A stretch of 64,000 bases of DNA from an uncultured Gemmatimonadales bacterium. GTDB taxonomy: Bacteria; Gemmatimonadota; Gemmatimonadetes; Longimicrobiales; RSA9. The notes beneath the pieces were generated by a model that searched no databases, was not told where the DNA came from, and saw nothing but the letters and a program-made list of their open reading frames with translations. The position numbers were made by a program, and so were the translations under genes. Below are positions 17,023 through 26,774 of this stretch, in pieces (the first letter of the stretch is position 1; each line of letters starts with the position of its first letter). The stretch lies in contig CAWAMW010000015.1 of assembly GCA_963783305.1 (NCBI GenBank), positions 384,001 to 448,000 of the forward strand, in the 5' to 3' direction.

Positions 17023-18547
17023 CCTCCTCGCGCCCGACCGCCACCGCCTCGATGATGGCGGGCGCGATGTCCGCCATGGCAAGGGTGGCATCGCTGTTCT
17101 CCGCGGCACCGTGCTCCATGGCCCGCTCGAGTGACCGGGCGAGGTCCGGGCGGGGTGACCCGGTGACGCGCTCGAGGAAGTCCGCGGGGTTGGGTTCGAA
17201 CCGCCGCAGGTCCCGGAGCGCCTGGGTGAAGAGGACGTTGTGAGGGCCTTCCCAGGTCTCCATGATGACGCTGTCGCGATAGAGCCGTGGAAGGGGCGAG
17301 AACCGCTCCTCGATGCCGTTCCCGGCCAGGACCATCATGGCCTCGTGGATCTGCGTGGTGGCCGTTCGGGTGAGGACGGGCTTGGCGAGGCTGAGGAGGA
17401 TGCGGAAGTCGATGGCCTCACGCTCGCGGTATCCGGACGCCTCCGCGGCCTCCCAGAGACGGAGCAGCTCAAACGACACGACGAGGGCGTGGCGTCGGTT
17501 TTCGCGGAGGGTCTCCAGGGCCCGGCGAACCAGCGGGTATCGCGCGATCGGGCGGCCGAACGCCTCCCGGAACTCTGCGTACTCCGTCGCGAGCCGCTCG
17601 GCCCGACGCATGGCGCCAGCGGCGAAGACAGCGCACGCGAAGCGGGAGGGAGTGAGCACATACCGGAGCAGGTGAGGCAGCCCCCGATCCGGCGCGCCCA
17701 CCGGCCACGCGCGGGCGCCGTCGAACGTGACCTCTGCCGTGGCCAGCTCCCTCGTCCCGAGCTTGTCCTTGAGCCGGTCGACCGTGTAGCCGTTCCGGTG
17801 GCCGCCCGTGAAGGCCGGGACCAGGAAGAGCCCCACGGGCCCCACCTCCTTTTCCGGCACACCGGGGCGGGCGGTGACCAGGAACCAGTCGGCGTTGATA
17901 TTGGAGCAGAACCACTTCTGTCCGTGGATCCGGTAGGCGCCGTCGCTTTCCTCGTCGGGGATGGCCATCACCCTGTTGGCGGGGACATCGGAGCCGCCCT
18001 GGATCTCCGTCACGAACTGGGCGGCGTGGGCGTAGGCGTCGTGGGTGGAATCCCGGACCGCCCGTAGCGCGTACTCGCGGATACCGGCGGCGCCAGGACT
18101 GTCGGCCGCGGCGTCGAGTGCCCGCACCAGGCCATCGGTGCACGCCAGAGAGCACGCCACGCCCGCCTCCCCGTTCTGCGCCAGCAGGTAGATCATGGCG
18201 TAGTGCGTGAAAGGGTCGCCGCGAACGGCGCCCAGGCCCTCGTCCCCGTGAACGATGCGGAGCGCCTCGTGGGTGGACGCCGGGAGCACGATGTCGTCCC
18301 TCCTCCGGTCGTATGGGTCCTGCTGCCGGATCCAGGGTGCATGCTCGGGGAGGGCCGAATCTTCGGCCAGCTCTCGCAGAGGCCCGGCTACGCGGCCGCC
18401 GAATCGGCTCACCCGACCGGGGTCGGTCTCCGGCGCAAAGCGATCGAGGAGCTCGTGGAGGAACGGGTCGTCGTCGTACCAGTCGGAAGATCGGGCATCG
18501 AGCCATGGCCCGAAGCCATAGTCGTTGCGGTGGGTGGCGTCAGTCAT
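17012..18547 (-). CDS. Acyl-CoA dehydrogenase family protein (AidB-like)
   Basis: AQFVTEIQGGSD, GQKWFCS, LKDKLGT, REAFGRPI, METWEGPHNV. Confidence 0.88.
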   Translation of the reverse strand: MTDATHRNDYGFGPWLDARSSDWYDDDPFLHELLDRFAPETDPGRVSRFGGRVAGPLRELAEDSALPEHAPWIRQQDPYDRRRDDIVLPASTHEALRIVHGDEGLGAVRGDPFTHYAMIYLLAQNGEAGVACSLACTDGLVRALDAAADSPGAAGIREYALRAVRDSTHDAYAHAAQFVTEIQGGSDVPANRVMAIPDEESDGAYRIHGQKWFCSNINADWFLVTARPGVPEKEVGPVGLFLVPAFTGGHRNGYTVDRLKDKLGTRELATAEVTFDGARAWPVGAPDRGLPHLLRYVLTPSRFACAVFAAGAMRRAERLATEYAEFREAFGRPIARYPLVRRALETLRENRRHALVVSFELLRLWEAAEASGYREREAIDFRILLSLAKPVLTRTATTQIHEAMMVLAGNGIEERFSPLPRLYRDSVIMETWEGPHNVLFTQALRDLRRFEPNPADFLERVTGSPRPDLARSLERAMEHGAAENSDATLAMADIAPAIIEAVAVGREEVSR

Positions 18548-18694
18548 GAGTGGCCTGGGTTGGCAGGGTGACAGTGAGGAAAGATGTCCCGACAGCAGGA
18601 GTGGGGGCAAGCGACCCTGCCCCGTGTGGAACAAACGGGGGAGGCGCCGCGATACCATGAGAGAAACGCAGTCCCCTCAACCAGGAATGAAGCG

Positions 18695-19312
18695 ATGCCG
18701 CGCCCTCTACCGATCCTCCTTCTGACCGTCTTCGCCCTCGCTGCCGCCGACTCCGCCGCCGCGCAGGCCTGCATCGGTCTCCCCTCCAGGGATGGCCAGA
18801 TCGCCGCGACCGCCGCCTTAACGCTCGCCGAAGACTACAACGCCCTCGGCGGCGAATTCACCGTGGACGCCACGGGACCCATGTCCTTCGGGTTCGGCTA
18901 TTCCCGCGACACCGGGATGGACGAGCTCGTGGGCGGTGGTGAGCGACACGTCACCACCTTCGATGCTCGCGCCGCCTACGAGCTGTTCCTCGTCGACCCA
19001 TCGATCTGCGCCGTGGCCGGCCTGTGGTACCAGGATGCCGCCGTGGAACAGTTCGGCGTTCCGGTCGGCTTCGGCTTCGGCAAGACGCTCCCGGGCCGCG
19101 CCCTCAGCACCACCCTGTACGCGATACCCCAGTACGTCTGGCTGCGGGAGACCCCCGGCGGTGACCTCGACGACCGCACCTCCAACGAATTCATGGCCCG
19201 GGCCGGCGTGACCTTCGGCCTCCAACAGCTGCTCTTCGGCGGCGACGTCACCGTCACCACGTTCGGCGCCGACAATCCCCGCTTCGCTCTGAGGGCCGGC
19301 TTCATCTTCTGA
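18695..19312 (+). CDS. Putative outer-membrane beta-barrel protein
   Basis: Signal peptide, amphipathic beta strands, C-terminal RAGFIF. Confidence 0.65.
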   Translation: MPRPLPILLLTVFALAAADSAAAQACIGLPSRDGQIAATAALTLAEDYNALGGEFTVDATGPMSFGFGYSRDTGMDELVGGGERHVTTFDARAAYELFLVDPSICAVAGLWYQDAAVEQFGVPVGFGFGKTLPGRALSTTLYAIPQYVWLRETPGGDLDDRTSNEFMARAGVTFGLQQLLFGGDVTVTTFGADNPRFALRAGFIF

Positions 19313-19331
19313 TGCCAACAGCTCGATGAGA

Positions 19332-19361
19332 ACGGGGGGCGGGACCTCCCCCGCCCCCCGT
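19332..19361. terminator. GC hairpin between convergent genes
   Basis: ACGGGGGGCGGG-acctcc-CCCGCCCCCCGT, 12-bp stem, no U-tract. Confidence 0.55.
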
Positions 19362-19401
19362 CCGATGCCGCAGCTCGCTGCCGAAGCTCGATGCTCGCCG
19401 A

Positions 19402-20754
19402 CTACTCCGTCGCCCCCGCCGCCGTACCGGCCATGGGCGCGCCAAGCTCCACCTCCAGCACCTCCCGGAGCGTGACCATGGTGGCGCGCACGTCCGACTC
19501 GGAGAACGTGAGCGGCGGGCGGAACCGGATGGAGCGCTCGCCCGAAGGCAGGATCGCCAGCCCGCGATTCCAGCAGCCCAGTCGCACCTGATTGCGGGCG
19601 TCGGTGTCCGGCAGGTCCACCGCCAGGAAGAGCCCCTTCCCCCGGACGTTCGTCACCCCCGGGAATTCCTTCGCCAGCCCCCTCAGCTCGGCCAGAAAGA
19701 CCTCGCCGACGCGCGCGGCCTGGCCAACAACGTCATCCTCCTCCAGGATCTGGAGGTACCGGGCCGCGCGGACCATGTCCACCAGATTGCCGCCCCACGT
19801 CGAGTTGATCCGCGACGACACCCGGAACACGTTCTTCTCCACCTCGTCGATCCGGCGCGTGCTCATGATCCCGCACACCTGCGTCTTCTTGCCGAACGCA
19901 ATGATGTCCGGCGTCACTCCCGTGTGCTCGTACGCCCACAGCTTACCCGTCGTGCCGAGACCGGTCTGGACCTCGTCGAAGATGAGCAGCGCCTCCCTGC
20001 GGTCCGCGATCTCCCGCAGCGCCCGGAAGAACTCCGGACGGAAGTGGCGGTCGCCCCCCTCACCCTGGATCGGCTCGATGAGGATCGCGGCGATCCCGTT
20101 CGGGTCCGACTCGAACGCGGCCTCGATCTGATCCAGCGTCTTCCGCTCCTTCGACGCCATGCCGCCCTCGTCCAGGTCCTCCTCGATGAACGGCGCGGCC
20201 ACCCGCGGCCAGCTGAACTGCGGGAAATGCAGCGTCTTCATCGGGTCCGTGTTGGTCACGCTCAGCGTGTACCCGCTCCGGCCATGGAACGCGCCCTCGA
20301 AGTGCAGGATCTTGTCACCGCCACCCTCGACGCCCGCCGCCTGGTTCTTCCTCACCTTCCAGTCGAACGCCGCCTTCATGGCGTTCTCCACCGCCAGTGA
20401 GCCGCCCGCCACGAAGAAGAGGTATCGGAACGGCTCGGGCACCGCCACCCGGCGGAAGACCTCCACGAACGCCGCGTACTGCCGACTGTAGATGTCGCTG
20501 TTGGCCGGGTTCGACAGCGCCGCCGTCATGAGCGACTTACGGAAGCCCTCGTCCTCCATCTTCGGGTGGTTGTGGCCCAGCGGGAGGGTGGCAAAATAGC
20601 CGTAGCAGTCCAGATATTCCTTCCCCTCCAGCGCTCCCACGATGGTGGACCCATGGGACTTCTCCAGGTCGATCACCAGGTGGAACCCGTCCACCAGCAC
20701 GTTCTCCTTCAGGATATCGAATACCCTGTCCGCGGCTACCTTGATCTCCGGCAT
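19402..20754 (-). CDS. lat: L-lysine 6-aminotransferase (class III aminotransferase)
   Basis: LPLGHNHP, NPANSDIYS, AVENAMKAAFDWK, AFHGRSGY, EPIQGEGGD, DEVQTG, FGKKTQVCG, INSTWGG. Confidence 0.92.
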   Translation of the reverse strand: MPEIKVAADRVFDILKENVLVDGFHLVIDLEKSHGSTIVGALEGKEYLDCYGYFATLPLGHNHPKMEDEGFRKSLMTAALSNPANSDIYSRQYAAFVEVFRRVAVPEPFRYLFFVAGGSLAVENAMKAAFDWKVRKNQAAGVEGGGDKILHFEGAFHGRSGYTLSVTNTDPMKTLHFPQFSWPRVAAPFIEEDLDEGGMASKERKTLDQIEAAFESDPNGIAAILIEPIQGEGGDRHFRPEFFRALREIADRREALLIFDEVQTGLGTTGKLWAYEHTGVTPDIIAFGKKTQVCGIMSTRRIDEVEKNVFRVSSRINSTWGGNLVDMVRAARYLQILEEDDVVGQAARVGEVFLAELRGLAKEFPGVTNVRGKGLFLAVDLPDTDARNQVRLGCWNRGLAILPSGERSIRFRPPLTFSESDVRATMVTLREVLEVELGAPMAGTAAGATE

Positions 20755-21284
20755 TTTTGCCTCTCTGTCCGACGTCTGTGAGTGGGACCCCCGCGCGGTC
20801 TGCGGAGTTCTCCGTGATTGTTCGATGCCGGCCCCGCCGGCGCGCCCAGGCGACCGTCGGATCCTGCTCCGGCGATATGGAGATGTCAGACGTTCGGAGG
20901 CGCGTAGATCCCCGGCCGCGAGTCCCGGGGAGGGATTCGCGTCGCGCGCTGGCAGACAGTGGCGTACAGGCCGTCCATCACGGCGTGCTCCAGTCGAGGT
21001 TCCGCGGGCCCTCGGCAACCCCCGGATTCCCTGAATCTAGCGCCGCTCCAAAGCCGGACGCAAAGGAGTCAGGACCGATCAGCGATCGCCAGGCGCTGCG
21101 CCACTGTGGAATTGCCCACGCTATTCGGGAAACAATCGCCAACCCTCCGCAGAGCCGGCCGCCATCGGGGTATTCACCCCGCCATGCGGGGACAATCGGG
21201 AATCGGAGATCTCATAGACCACCCCTGGGGGCTTGCCACCGGCGCCTTCATTCACCACCCGCAACCGCAGCCCGCAACGCGCCC

Positions 21285-21452
21285 CCTGCCCCCTGACCCC
21301 TGCCCCCTGCCTCCTGCCTCCCGCCTCCTGCCTCCTGCCTCCTGCCTCTTGCCTCCTGCCTCCTGCCTCCTGCCTCCTGCCTCCTGCCTCCTGCCTCCTG
21401 CCTCCTGCCTCCTGCCTCCTGCCTCCTGCCTCCTGCCTCCTGCCTCCTGCCC
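21285..21452. repeat. Heptamer tandem array (CCTGCCT)n, about 24 units
   Basis: Read directly; slightly degenerate ends; lies just downstream of the prmA-like stop. Confidence 0.95.
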
Positions 21453-21478
21453 CCTCGCTCCTCGGCAACTCCCGCATC

Positions 21479-22375
21479 TCACGGCTCCCGGGTTACCGCC
21501 AGCCGCCCCGTCCACCAGCCGTCTTCCTGCACCTCTTCGACGACGACGAGCCCCGCCCGCCGCGCCGCTTCCACCAGCCCGGTCCTCTCCGACGGCAGAA
21601 TCCCCGAGAGCACGAGCCACCCGTCCGGCGCCAGCGCCGCCGCGAGATCGCCCATCAGCGGGCGCAGCACGTCGGCACCGATGTTCGCCACGATCCCGTC
21701 ATAGCCAGGCTCACGCTCGCGACCCTCGCCACCGGCGGCCCCGCCGGCCGCGACACGGATCCGGCCGGGCACCGCCTCCATCCGCACCGTCCGGATCCGA
21801 TCGTCGACGCCGTTCAATCGCGCGTTTCGGCGCGCGGCCGCAACCGCCAGCGGGTCCGACTCGAGCGCCACCGCCGCACCCGCCCCGAGCGCCAGCGCGG
21901 CGATCGCCAGGATCCCCGATCCGGCCCCGACGTCCAGGACATGGTCCCCCTCCTCCACCATCGCCTCGAGCAACCGCAGGCACGCGCGCGTGGTGGCGTG
22001 CTCCGCCGTACCGAAGGCGGTGGAGGGCTCCAGCCGGATCTCGGACTTCCCCACCCGGACCACCGCACTCTCGACACCCCGGCGCGCCAGCCACTCCTCC
22101 GGCTGCAGCCAGCGCCAGCGCACGATCGGCGCACGCAGGCTGGTGCTGGCCCGGATCGCCAGCTCCGCCTCCGCGGCCAAGAGCACAGGGTCGTCGTGCG
22201 GCGCGAACAGCGCCCCCACCCCGTCCGACTCTCGCTCCACCGCGTGGGCACCCAGGCGCCGGAGCGCGTCCACCATCAGGATGGCCTCACCGGAAGGTGG
22301 CTCCGGCGCCGTGAGCAGCAGCATGCGCGCGGCGGAGTCCAGGGGCGCGTTCGGCGAGGATCCCTGCGGGTCCAT
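21479..22375 (-). CDS. prmA: Ribosomal protein L11 methyltransferase-like
   Basis: AFGTAEHATT, VLDVGAGSGIL, VANI, LVLSGIL; the linker looks shorter than usual. Confidence 0.8.
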   Translation of the reverse strand: MDPQGSSPNAPLDSAARMLLLTAPEPPSGEAILMVDALRRLGAHAVERESDGVGALFAPHDDPVLLAAEAELAIRASTSLRAPIVRWRWLQPEEWLARRGVESAVVRVGKSEIRLEPSTAFGTAEHATTRACLRLLEAMVEEGDHVLDVGAGSGILAIAALALGAGAAVALESDPLAVAAARRNARLNGVDDRIRTVRMEAVPGRIRVAAGGAAGGEGREREPGYDGIVANIGADVLRPLMGDLAAALAPDGWLVLSGILPSERTGLVEAARRAGLVVVEEVQEDGWWTGRLAVTREP

Positions 22376-22467
22376 CAAGCTGCCGGGGAACGACGGACGT
22401 GGCGGGACACCCGGGTCGTGCTATCTTCGGAGCGCCCCCGTGACCCCCACTCCGTTGCGAGCCCCCG

Positions 22468-23955
22468 ATGACCGACGGTCCGGCGACCGAACCGCTGCAG
22501 GAGACCGCATCCCCTACCGCCGCGGGAGCTGAGCCGCTCCTGCCACCGGACTCCGCTCCCGCAGCCGGGCGTGCCCGGCGTTTCGACCGGTCCATCGTGG
22601 ACGGCCCCATGAAATCCACGGTGTGGAAGCTCGCCTGGCCGACCATGCTTCAGAACGTCATCGGTGGGCTGCAGGGGATCGTCGACCACGCCATGGTGGG
22701 TCATTACGTGGGCTACACCGCCAATGCGGCGATCGGTGTGAGCTGGCAGATCTTCCTCGTCGTGGTAGTGTTCATCTCGTCCATCTTCACCGGGATGGGC
22801 GTGCTGGTGGCCCGCTTCGCTGGCGCCGATGAGGGCGACAAGGTGGACCGCACCGTCTACCAGGCGTTCCTCACCGCCATCGGGCTGTCCCTCCTCGTCC
22901 TGGCCCCTCTCGGGTACTTCCTGGCACCGACGCTCCTGGACCTCGTCAACGCCGAGCCCGCCGTGCAGGCGGAGGCGCTGCCGTACCTCCGGATCATGTT
23001 CGTGTTCAGCTCCGGCCTCCTCATGTTCTTCATGCTCGGCGGCGCGCTCCGCTCGGCCGGGGACGCCCACACGCCGCTCCGCCTGGGCGTCCTGGTGACC
23101 GTCCTCAACCTGGTCCTGAACGTCGTGCTGATCGGCGGCATGGGTCCGATCCCCGCCTTCGGCACGGCGGGCGCGGCCATGGGCACGGTCATCGCCACGG
23201 GCGGCGTGGCTGCCTACGCGCTCTGGCGGCTCTGGCACGGTGGCTGGGTCGTATCGTTTCCACGGGGCGCGCACCTCAAGCCCAACCTGACCATCATCCG
23301 CTCGCTGTTCCGATTCGGACTCCCCACCGGCGTGCAGGGGGTCGCCATGAACGTGGGGGGTGTGCTGCTCCTGGCGTTCATCGGCTCGCTCCCGCGGAGC
23401 GCGGAAGCCCAGGCCGCCTATACCGTCTCCTACACCCAGCTCTTTTCTCTCATCACCTGGACCACCGTCGGCCTCATGGGCGCCGCCGCCGCCGTGGCCG
23501 GGCAGAACCTCGGGGCGGGGAACGCGGACCGCGCGTCCGACGCCGTCCATACCGCCGCCGGGTTCGGGCTCCTGTGCGCCGCCGCAATCGGGCTCCTCTT
23601 CCTGCTCATCCCCCGCCCCCTGCTCGGAGTGTTCGGCATGGACGAGCCCGCCGTTGTCGACCTGGGCGTCCAGCTCCTCCGCTTCCTCGCCCTGTCCGGC
23701 ATCTTCATCGCCATCGCCCTCACCTACACCGGTGGACTCCAGGGCACCGGCGATACCAAGAGCCCCCTCTACATCTCCATCATCTCCCAGATCATCGTGC
23801 CGCTGGGACTGTGTTTCGCCATCCAGCAGGTGGGCACGCTGCGGGCCACCCACATCTGGTTCGCCATCGTGCTCGGCCATTTCACCCGCGCCCTGCTCAG
23901 CGTGATCCGCTTCCGGCAGGGCCGCTGGCGCGGGATCGTGGTGGACATCTCGTAG
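22468..23955 (+). CDS. MATE family efflux transporter
   Basis: KLAWP, ALRSAGDAHTP, NLVLN, GQNLGAG, LQGTGDTKSP; about 12 TM helices. Confidence 0.92.
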   Translation: MTDGPATEPLQETASPTAAGAEPLLPPDSAPAAGRARRFDRSIVDGPMKSTVWKLAWPTMLQNVIGGLQGIVDHAMVGHYVGYTANAAIGVSWQIFLVVVVFISSIFTGMGVLVARFAGADEGDKVDRTVYQAFLTAIGLSLLVLAPLGYFLAPTLLDLVNAEPAVQAEALPYLRIMFVFSSGLLMFFMLGGALRSAGDAHTPLRLGVLVTVLNLVLNVVLIGGMGPIPAFGTAGAAMGTVIATGGVAAYALWRLWHGGWVVSFPRGAHLKPNLTIIRSLFRFGLPTGVQGVAMNVGGVLLLAFIGSLPRSAEAQAAYTVSYTQLFSLITWTTVGLMGAAAAVAGQNLGAGNADRASDAVHTAAGFGLLCAAAIGLLFLLIPRPLLGVFGMDEPAVVDLGVQLLRFLALSGIFIAIALTYTGGLQGTGDTKSPLYISIISQIIVPLGLCFAIQQVGTLRATHIWFAIVLGHFTRALLSVIRFRQGRWRGIVVDIS

Positions 23956-23963
23956 CCAGCCGA

Positions 23964-24422
23964 CTACGCCATCGCCACCACGTGCTCGAACTCCTCCTCC
24001 TCCACCGGCTGCACCGACAGCCGGCTCCGACCCGTCACCACCATATCGTCCAGCGCCGGGTCCGCCTTCAGCTCCGCCAGCGGCACGACGCGTGGCAGCT
24101 TCCGCACGAACCGGATGTCCACCATGAACCAGCGGGGATCGTCGGCGGACGCCTTTTCATCGTAATAATCCGAATCCGGGTCCTGCGCCGTCGGGTCCGC
24201 ATAGCCCTCGCGTGACACCTCCGCGATCCCGGCCACGCCCGGCGGGCTCGCGTTGCTGTGGTAGAAGAGGACGCGGTCGCCCTCACGCATTTCATCACGC
24301 ATGAAGTTCCGCGCCTGGTAGTTCCTGATCCCGTCCCATGAAGTCTCCCCGTCCGACTCCAGGTCGTCGATCGAGTAGGTGCCCGGCTCCGACTTCATCA
24401 ACCAGTACTTCCGCTTCGCCAT
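23964..24422 (-). CDS. EVE domain protein
   Basis: YWLMKSEP, WDGIRNYQARN, FYHSN, SRLSVQPV. Confidence 0.93.
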   Translation of the reverse strand: MAKRKYWLMKSEPGTYSIDDLESDGETSWDGIRNYQARNFMRDEMREGDRVLFYHSNASPPGVAGIAEVSREGYADPTAQDPDSDYYDEKASADDPRWFMVDIRFVRKLPRVVPLAELKADPALDDMVVTGRSRLSVQPVEEEEFEHVVAMA

Positions 24423-24509
24423 GGATCGCCTCCGTCTTGCGGTGAAACGCGGAACGTGCGTAGGTCAACGTGTACGGACAACCCGACTCCCTGACTCCGG
24501 CGCGATGCG

Positions 24510-25502
24510 ATGAGGACGGTACAGGTCGATCGTGAAGCCCGATCCGCCGTCCGGCGGCGAGCCACCCGAACCCGCCGCGGGCGGGCGGTCGTGGCCCGCA
24601 CTGTCCGGACCATCTTCGCCAGCGTCGCGATCCTCGCCTGCCCAGCCGCCGCCGCGCCGGCCACCGCTCAGACCGGCATTGAGCCGGCACGGTCGCCCTA
24701 CCCGGGGTCGCTCCCGTTCTTCCACGACGTATACACCTTCCGCGGCGATGCGGGGCTCACCCTGGTGGTGGCGGCGTTCGCGGTGTCCGCCGGAGATCTC
24801 ACGCCCAGGCGCGACGGTCGGGAGTCCGTCTATCGGTTCGATGTGTCGCTCGTGCTGGCCGACACGACGCTCCGCTCCGTCTCCCGCACCGATGACTCCG
24901 CCTTCGTGGCCGCGCGGCATTCGCTGCCCGACGGACACCTCCTCTACACCCACGCCGCCGTGCAGGCCCCGCCCTCCCGCAACACGGTCCGGCGAGTCAT
25001 CATGACCGACGCAAACAATCCCGGGGTGGGACAGCTCTACGACGCCGGCTTCCCGATCCCGGACTACAGCGGCAGCCGCCTGATGCTGAGCGACATCGCT
25101 CTCGGCCAGCCTGACCCCGCAGGCGGCTGGAGCCGGGGCGACGCCACGGTCGCCATCCTTCCCGTCACCCGCTTCCCCGAGAGCTCGCTCGAGGTCTACT
25201 ACGAGATCTACAACCTCCCCACGGGCCACCGCTATGAGACCCGGATCGCCGTCGAGCCGGTGCCCGCCGGTGACCCGGGTGGTGCCCTGGCGCTACGGTT
25301 CACGGGGAAATCCGACGTGGCCCCGGACCGCGCCCTCCCGGAGCTGCGCCGGGTCACCGGATCGCTCGATCCGGGGGGGTATCGGCTGACGGTCACCGTC
25401 ACGAACACGGAGACGGGCGAGACCGCCACTCGCTCCCGCCTCTTCGAGGTGCGGCGCTGGGAGGACGGCGCTACGCTCGTGGTGGCGCGACCCAGCTCCT
25501 GA
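24510..25502 (+). CDS. Exported hypothetical protein resembling the C-terminal beta-sandwich region of GWxTD proteins
   Basis: Signal-like stretch, LMLSDIALG, LEVYYEIYNL, LDPGGYRLTVTV; start uncertain. Confidence 0.6.
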   Translation: MRTVQVDREARSAVRRRATRTRRGRAVVARTVRTIFASVAILACPAAAAPATAQTGIEPARSPYPGSLPFFHDVYTFRGDAGLTLVVAAFAVSAGDLTPRRDGRESVYRFDVSLVLADTTLRSVSRTDDSAFVAARHSLPDGHLLYTHAAVQAPPSRNTVRRVIMTDANNPGVGQLYDAGFPIPDYSGSRLMLSDIALGQPDPAGGWSRGDATVAILPVTRFPESSLEVYYEIYNLPTGHRYETRIAVEPVPAGDPGGALALRFTGKSDVAPDRALPELRRVTGSLDPGGYRLTVTVTNTETGETATRSRLFEVRRWEDGATLVVARPSS

Positions 25503-25582
25503 ACATCGCGAACGCCCGCACCTCCCGCGATCCCCGTTGGGGCGATAACTTCCCGGCCCGACAACCGTTTCCGAGAGCTCCG

Positions 25583-26734
25583 ATGGACAATTCCACGACG
25601 CCACCCCCGGCGGGTGCCGCGGCCTCCGACTGGCGACTCCGGATCCCCGAGTCCCGCCGCCGCTACCTCCGGGCCTGGTTCTGGTCAGTGGCGGGCATGA
25701 CCCTCGGCGTCCTCATCGTCGGCGGCATTACCCGGCTTACCCAGTCGGGGCTGTCCATCGTGGACTGGGATCCCCTCTTCGGCGTCATCCCACCACTCAC
25801 GGAGGCGCAGTGGCTCGAGACGTTCGACCGCTACCGCCAGTTCCCGGAGTATCAGCAGCTCCGCCAGGGGATGACGCTCTCGGAGTTCGAGCTCATCTTC
25901 TTCTGGGAGTATCTCCACCGGCTGCTGGCGCGGGGCATCGGACTCGTCTTCCTGGTGCCGCTGCTCTTCTTCTGGGTGCGCGGGTATCTGACCCGTCCAC
26001 TCGTCCGCCGCTCGCTCGCCCTGTTCGGGCTCGGCGCCGCGCAGGGGGTCATGGGGTGGCTCATGGTCGCCAGCGGCCTCGTGGACCGGCCCAGCGTGAG
26101 TCATTTCCGCCTGGCCGCCCACCTCAGCCTCGCGTTCCTCATCTTCGGCTTCGCCGTGTGGCTGGCCCGTGAGCTCGCGGTCTCCGCCACCCGCCCTGCC
26201 ATCGCCCCGCGCGCCTACCGATTCGTGTCCCGCGGCCTCGTCGCGGTCGGCGCCCTGCTCCTGCTCCAGGTGGTATGGGGGGCCTTCACCGCCGGCCTGG
26301 ACGCCGGACTCTACAACAACACGTTCCCGCTCATGGACGGCAAGCTCGTTCCGGCCACGCTCCTCTGGCTCGATCCGCCCGTACGCAATTTCGTCCACAA
26401 CCCGGTGGCGGTGCAGTGGATGCACCGCGTACTCGGCACCCTGCTCGGACTGGCCACGATCGGGCTGTTCATCGGCACACGGAGGCTCCACACGGACCGG
26501 CTCACAGCGCGCCTCAACGCGATGTTCCTCGCGCTGATCGTCGTCCAGTACCTCCTGGGCGTGCTCACGCTCCTCTTCTTCGTCCCGGTCGCCCTCGGCG
26601 TCACCCACCAGGCCACGGCCATGATCACCTTCGGCGTCTGGGTCACCTGGCTCCACCACGTCAGGAACCTCGAGGTCGGCACCGCTCCCGCCGTGCGGAA
26701 GCGCGACCGCACCACCGCCGCCGCGCCCCCTTGA
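25583..26734 (+). CDS. ctaA: Heme A synthase (COX15/CtaA, type 2)
   Basis: GGITRLTQSGLSI, WEYLHRL, GWLMVASGL, RLAAHL, QWMHR, HQ. Confidence 0.95.
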   Translation: MDNSTTPPPAGAAASDWRLRIPESRRRYLRAWFWSVAGMTLGVLIVGGITRLTQSGLSIVDWDPLFGVIPPLTEAQWLETFDRYRQFPEYQQLRQGMTLSEFELIFFWEYLHRLLARGIGLVFLVPLLFFWVRGYLTRPLVRRSLALFGLGAAQGVMGWLMVASGLVDRPSVSHFRLAAHLSLAFLIFGFAVWLARELAVSATRPAIAPRAYRFVSRGLVAVGALLLLQVVWGAFTAGLDAGLYNNTFPLMDGKLVPATLLWLDPPVRNFVHNPVAVQWMHRVLGTLLGLATIGLFIGTRRLHTDRLTARLNAMFLALIVVQYLLGVLTLLFFVPVALGVTHQATAMITFGVWVTWLHHVRNLEVGTAPAVRKRDRTTAAAPP

Positions 26735-26774
26735 CCGCCGTGGGCGCGATCAGCCAGGCGGAGCCGCGGGGCCG

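Noticed and set aside
20755..21280. Lysine riboswitch upstream of lat
   Set aside because: I could not find the conserved L-box elements by eye; an Rfam scan would settle it
23964..24422. EVE protein as part of a modification-dependent defence system
   Set aside because: Stand-alone, with no nuclease or toxin neighbour; ordinary context
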